Assembly: GCA_965203295.1 (NCBI GenBank)
Contig: CBDBCZ010000008.1
Span: 96,001-160,000, forward strand
Length of the DNA stretch: 64,000 nucleotides
Source of the DNA: Nitrospirales bacterium
GTDB taxonomy: Bacteria > Nitrospirota > Nitrospiria > Nitrospirales > UBA8639
Direction: 5' to 3'
Shown here: positions 63,701-64,000 of the stretch, piece by piece
Layout: each line of letters begins with the position of its first letter
How positions within the stretch are numbered: position 1 is the stretch's first letter
The notes under the pieces: model-generated
The model's input: only the letters and a program-made list of their open reading frames with translations
Told to the model about the DNA's origin: nothing
Databases searched by the model: none
Made by a program: the position numbers and the translations under genes

Positions 63701-64000
63701 TTCACGGTGGATCAGTTGGTAATTTTCGTTCCCTGGGGAACGAAATTTCACGGTGGATCTGTTGGAAATTTTCGTTCCCCGGGGAACGAAATTTCACGGT
63801 GGATCTGTTAAAAATTTTAGTTCCCCGGGGAACAGAATTTTTCGGTTGAATCAGCCGGTAATTTTCGTTCCCTGGGGAACGAAATTTCACGTTGGATCTG
63901 TTGGAAATTTTCGTTCCCCGGGGAACGAAATTTCACGGTGGATCTGTTGGAAATTTTCGTTCCCTGGGTAACGAAATTTCACGGTGGATCAGTTGGAAAT
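48790..64000. repeat. 46-bp tandem satellite with internal palindrome, >15 kb, continues past window end
   Basis: Consensus GGAAATTTTCGTTCCCCGGGGAACGAAATTTCACGGTGGATCTGTT, interspersed with a variant ...GGAATTTTTCGGTGGATCAGCCGGG. Contains the perfect 22-bp palindrome TTTCGTTCCCCGGGGAACGAAA. Confidence 0.98.

Noticed and set aside
48700..64000. Dozens of long ORFs (up to 692 aa) with FVPRGTKFHGG repeats
   Set aside because: The 46-bp consensus happens to lack stop codons, so all frames on both strands stay open. Frame-shifting indels are common, so there is no sign of coding constraint.
48790..64000. CRISPR array (palindromic repeat with regular spacing)
   Set aside because: Intervening segments are themselves repeated rather than unique spacers, there are no cas genes, and the context is eukaryotic.
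48790..64000. CENP-B box in the satellite
   Set aside because: TTCG and CGGG pieces are present, but not with the TTCG-N4-A-N2-CGGG spacing.

Overview
Intron-containing animal genomic DNA; the gene and repeat style suggests a demosponge or similar non-bilaterian invertebrate, which is inference only. From 5' to 3': (1) a decayed ISL2EU/Harbinger-type (PHIS) transposon, 1-3204. (2) A tandem array of four 4-exon genes for type I membrane proteins I do not recognise (3313-28403). They form a complete 2x2 matrix of two ectodomain types (A, B) and two TM+cytoplasmic-tail types (X, Y): A-X, A-Y, B-X, B-Y. The halves are joined through a near-identical membrane-proximal block, and every tail carries a YxxL motif. 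This is the most striking system in the window. (3) DJ-1/PARK7, head-to-head with a 7-exon Cys-rich EGF-type membrane protein gene. (4) A 7-exon mitoribosomal-protein-like gene missed by the ORF track, with mL42-like and fungal MRP-L20/mL58-like motifs, starting 66 bp from a divergent 8-exon gamma-glutamyltranspeptidase whose last intron hosts an antisense TRIM-NHL gene. (5) More than 15 kb of a 46-bp palindromic satellite with higher-order structure, running off the window end. Introns carry many MITEs, including TAG..CTA elements with 9-bp TSDs (one with a RecQ-helicase remnant, AcademH-like), hAT MITEs, a LINE 3' fragment and a tRNA-derived element. All gene models were built by hand from splice signals and reading phase; family names come from motif recognition, not database searches.
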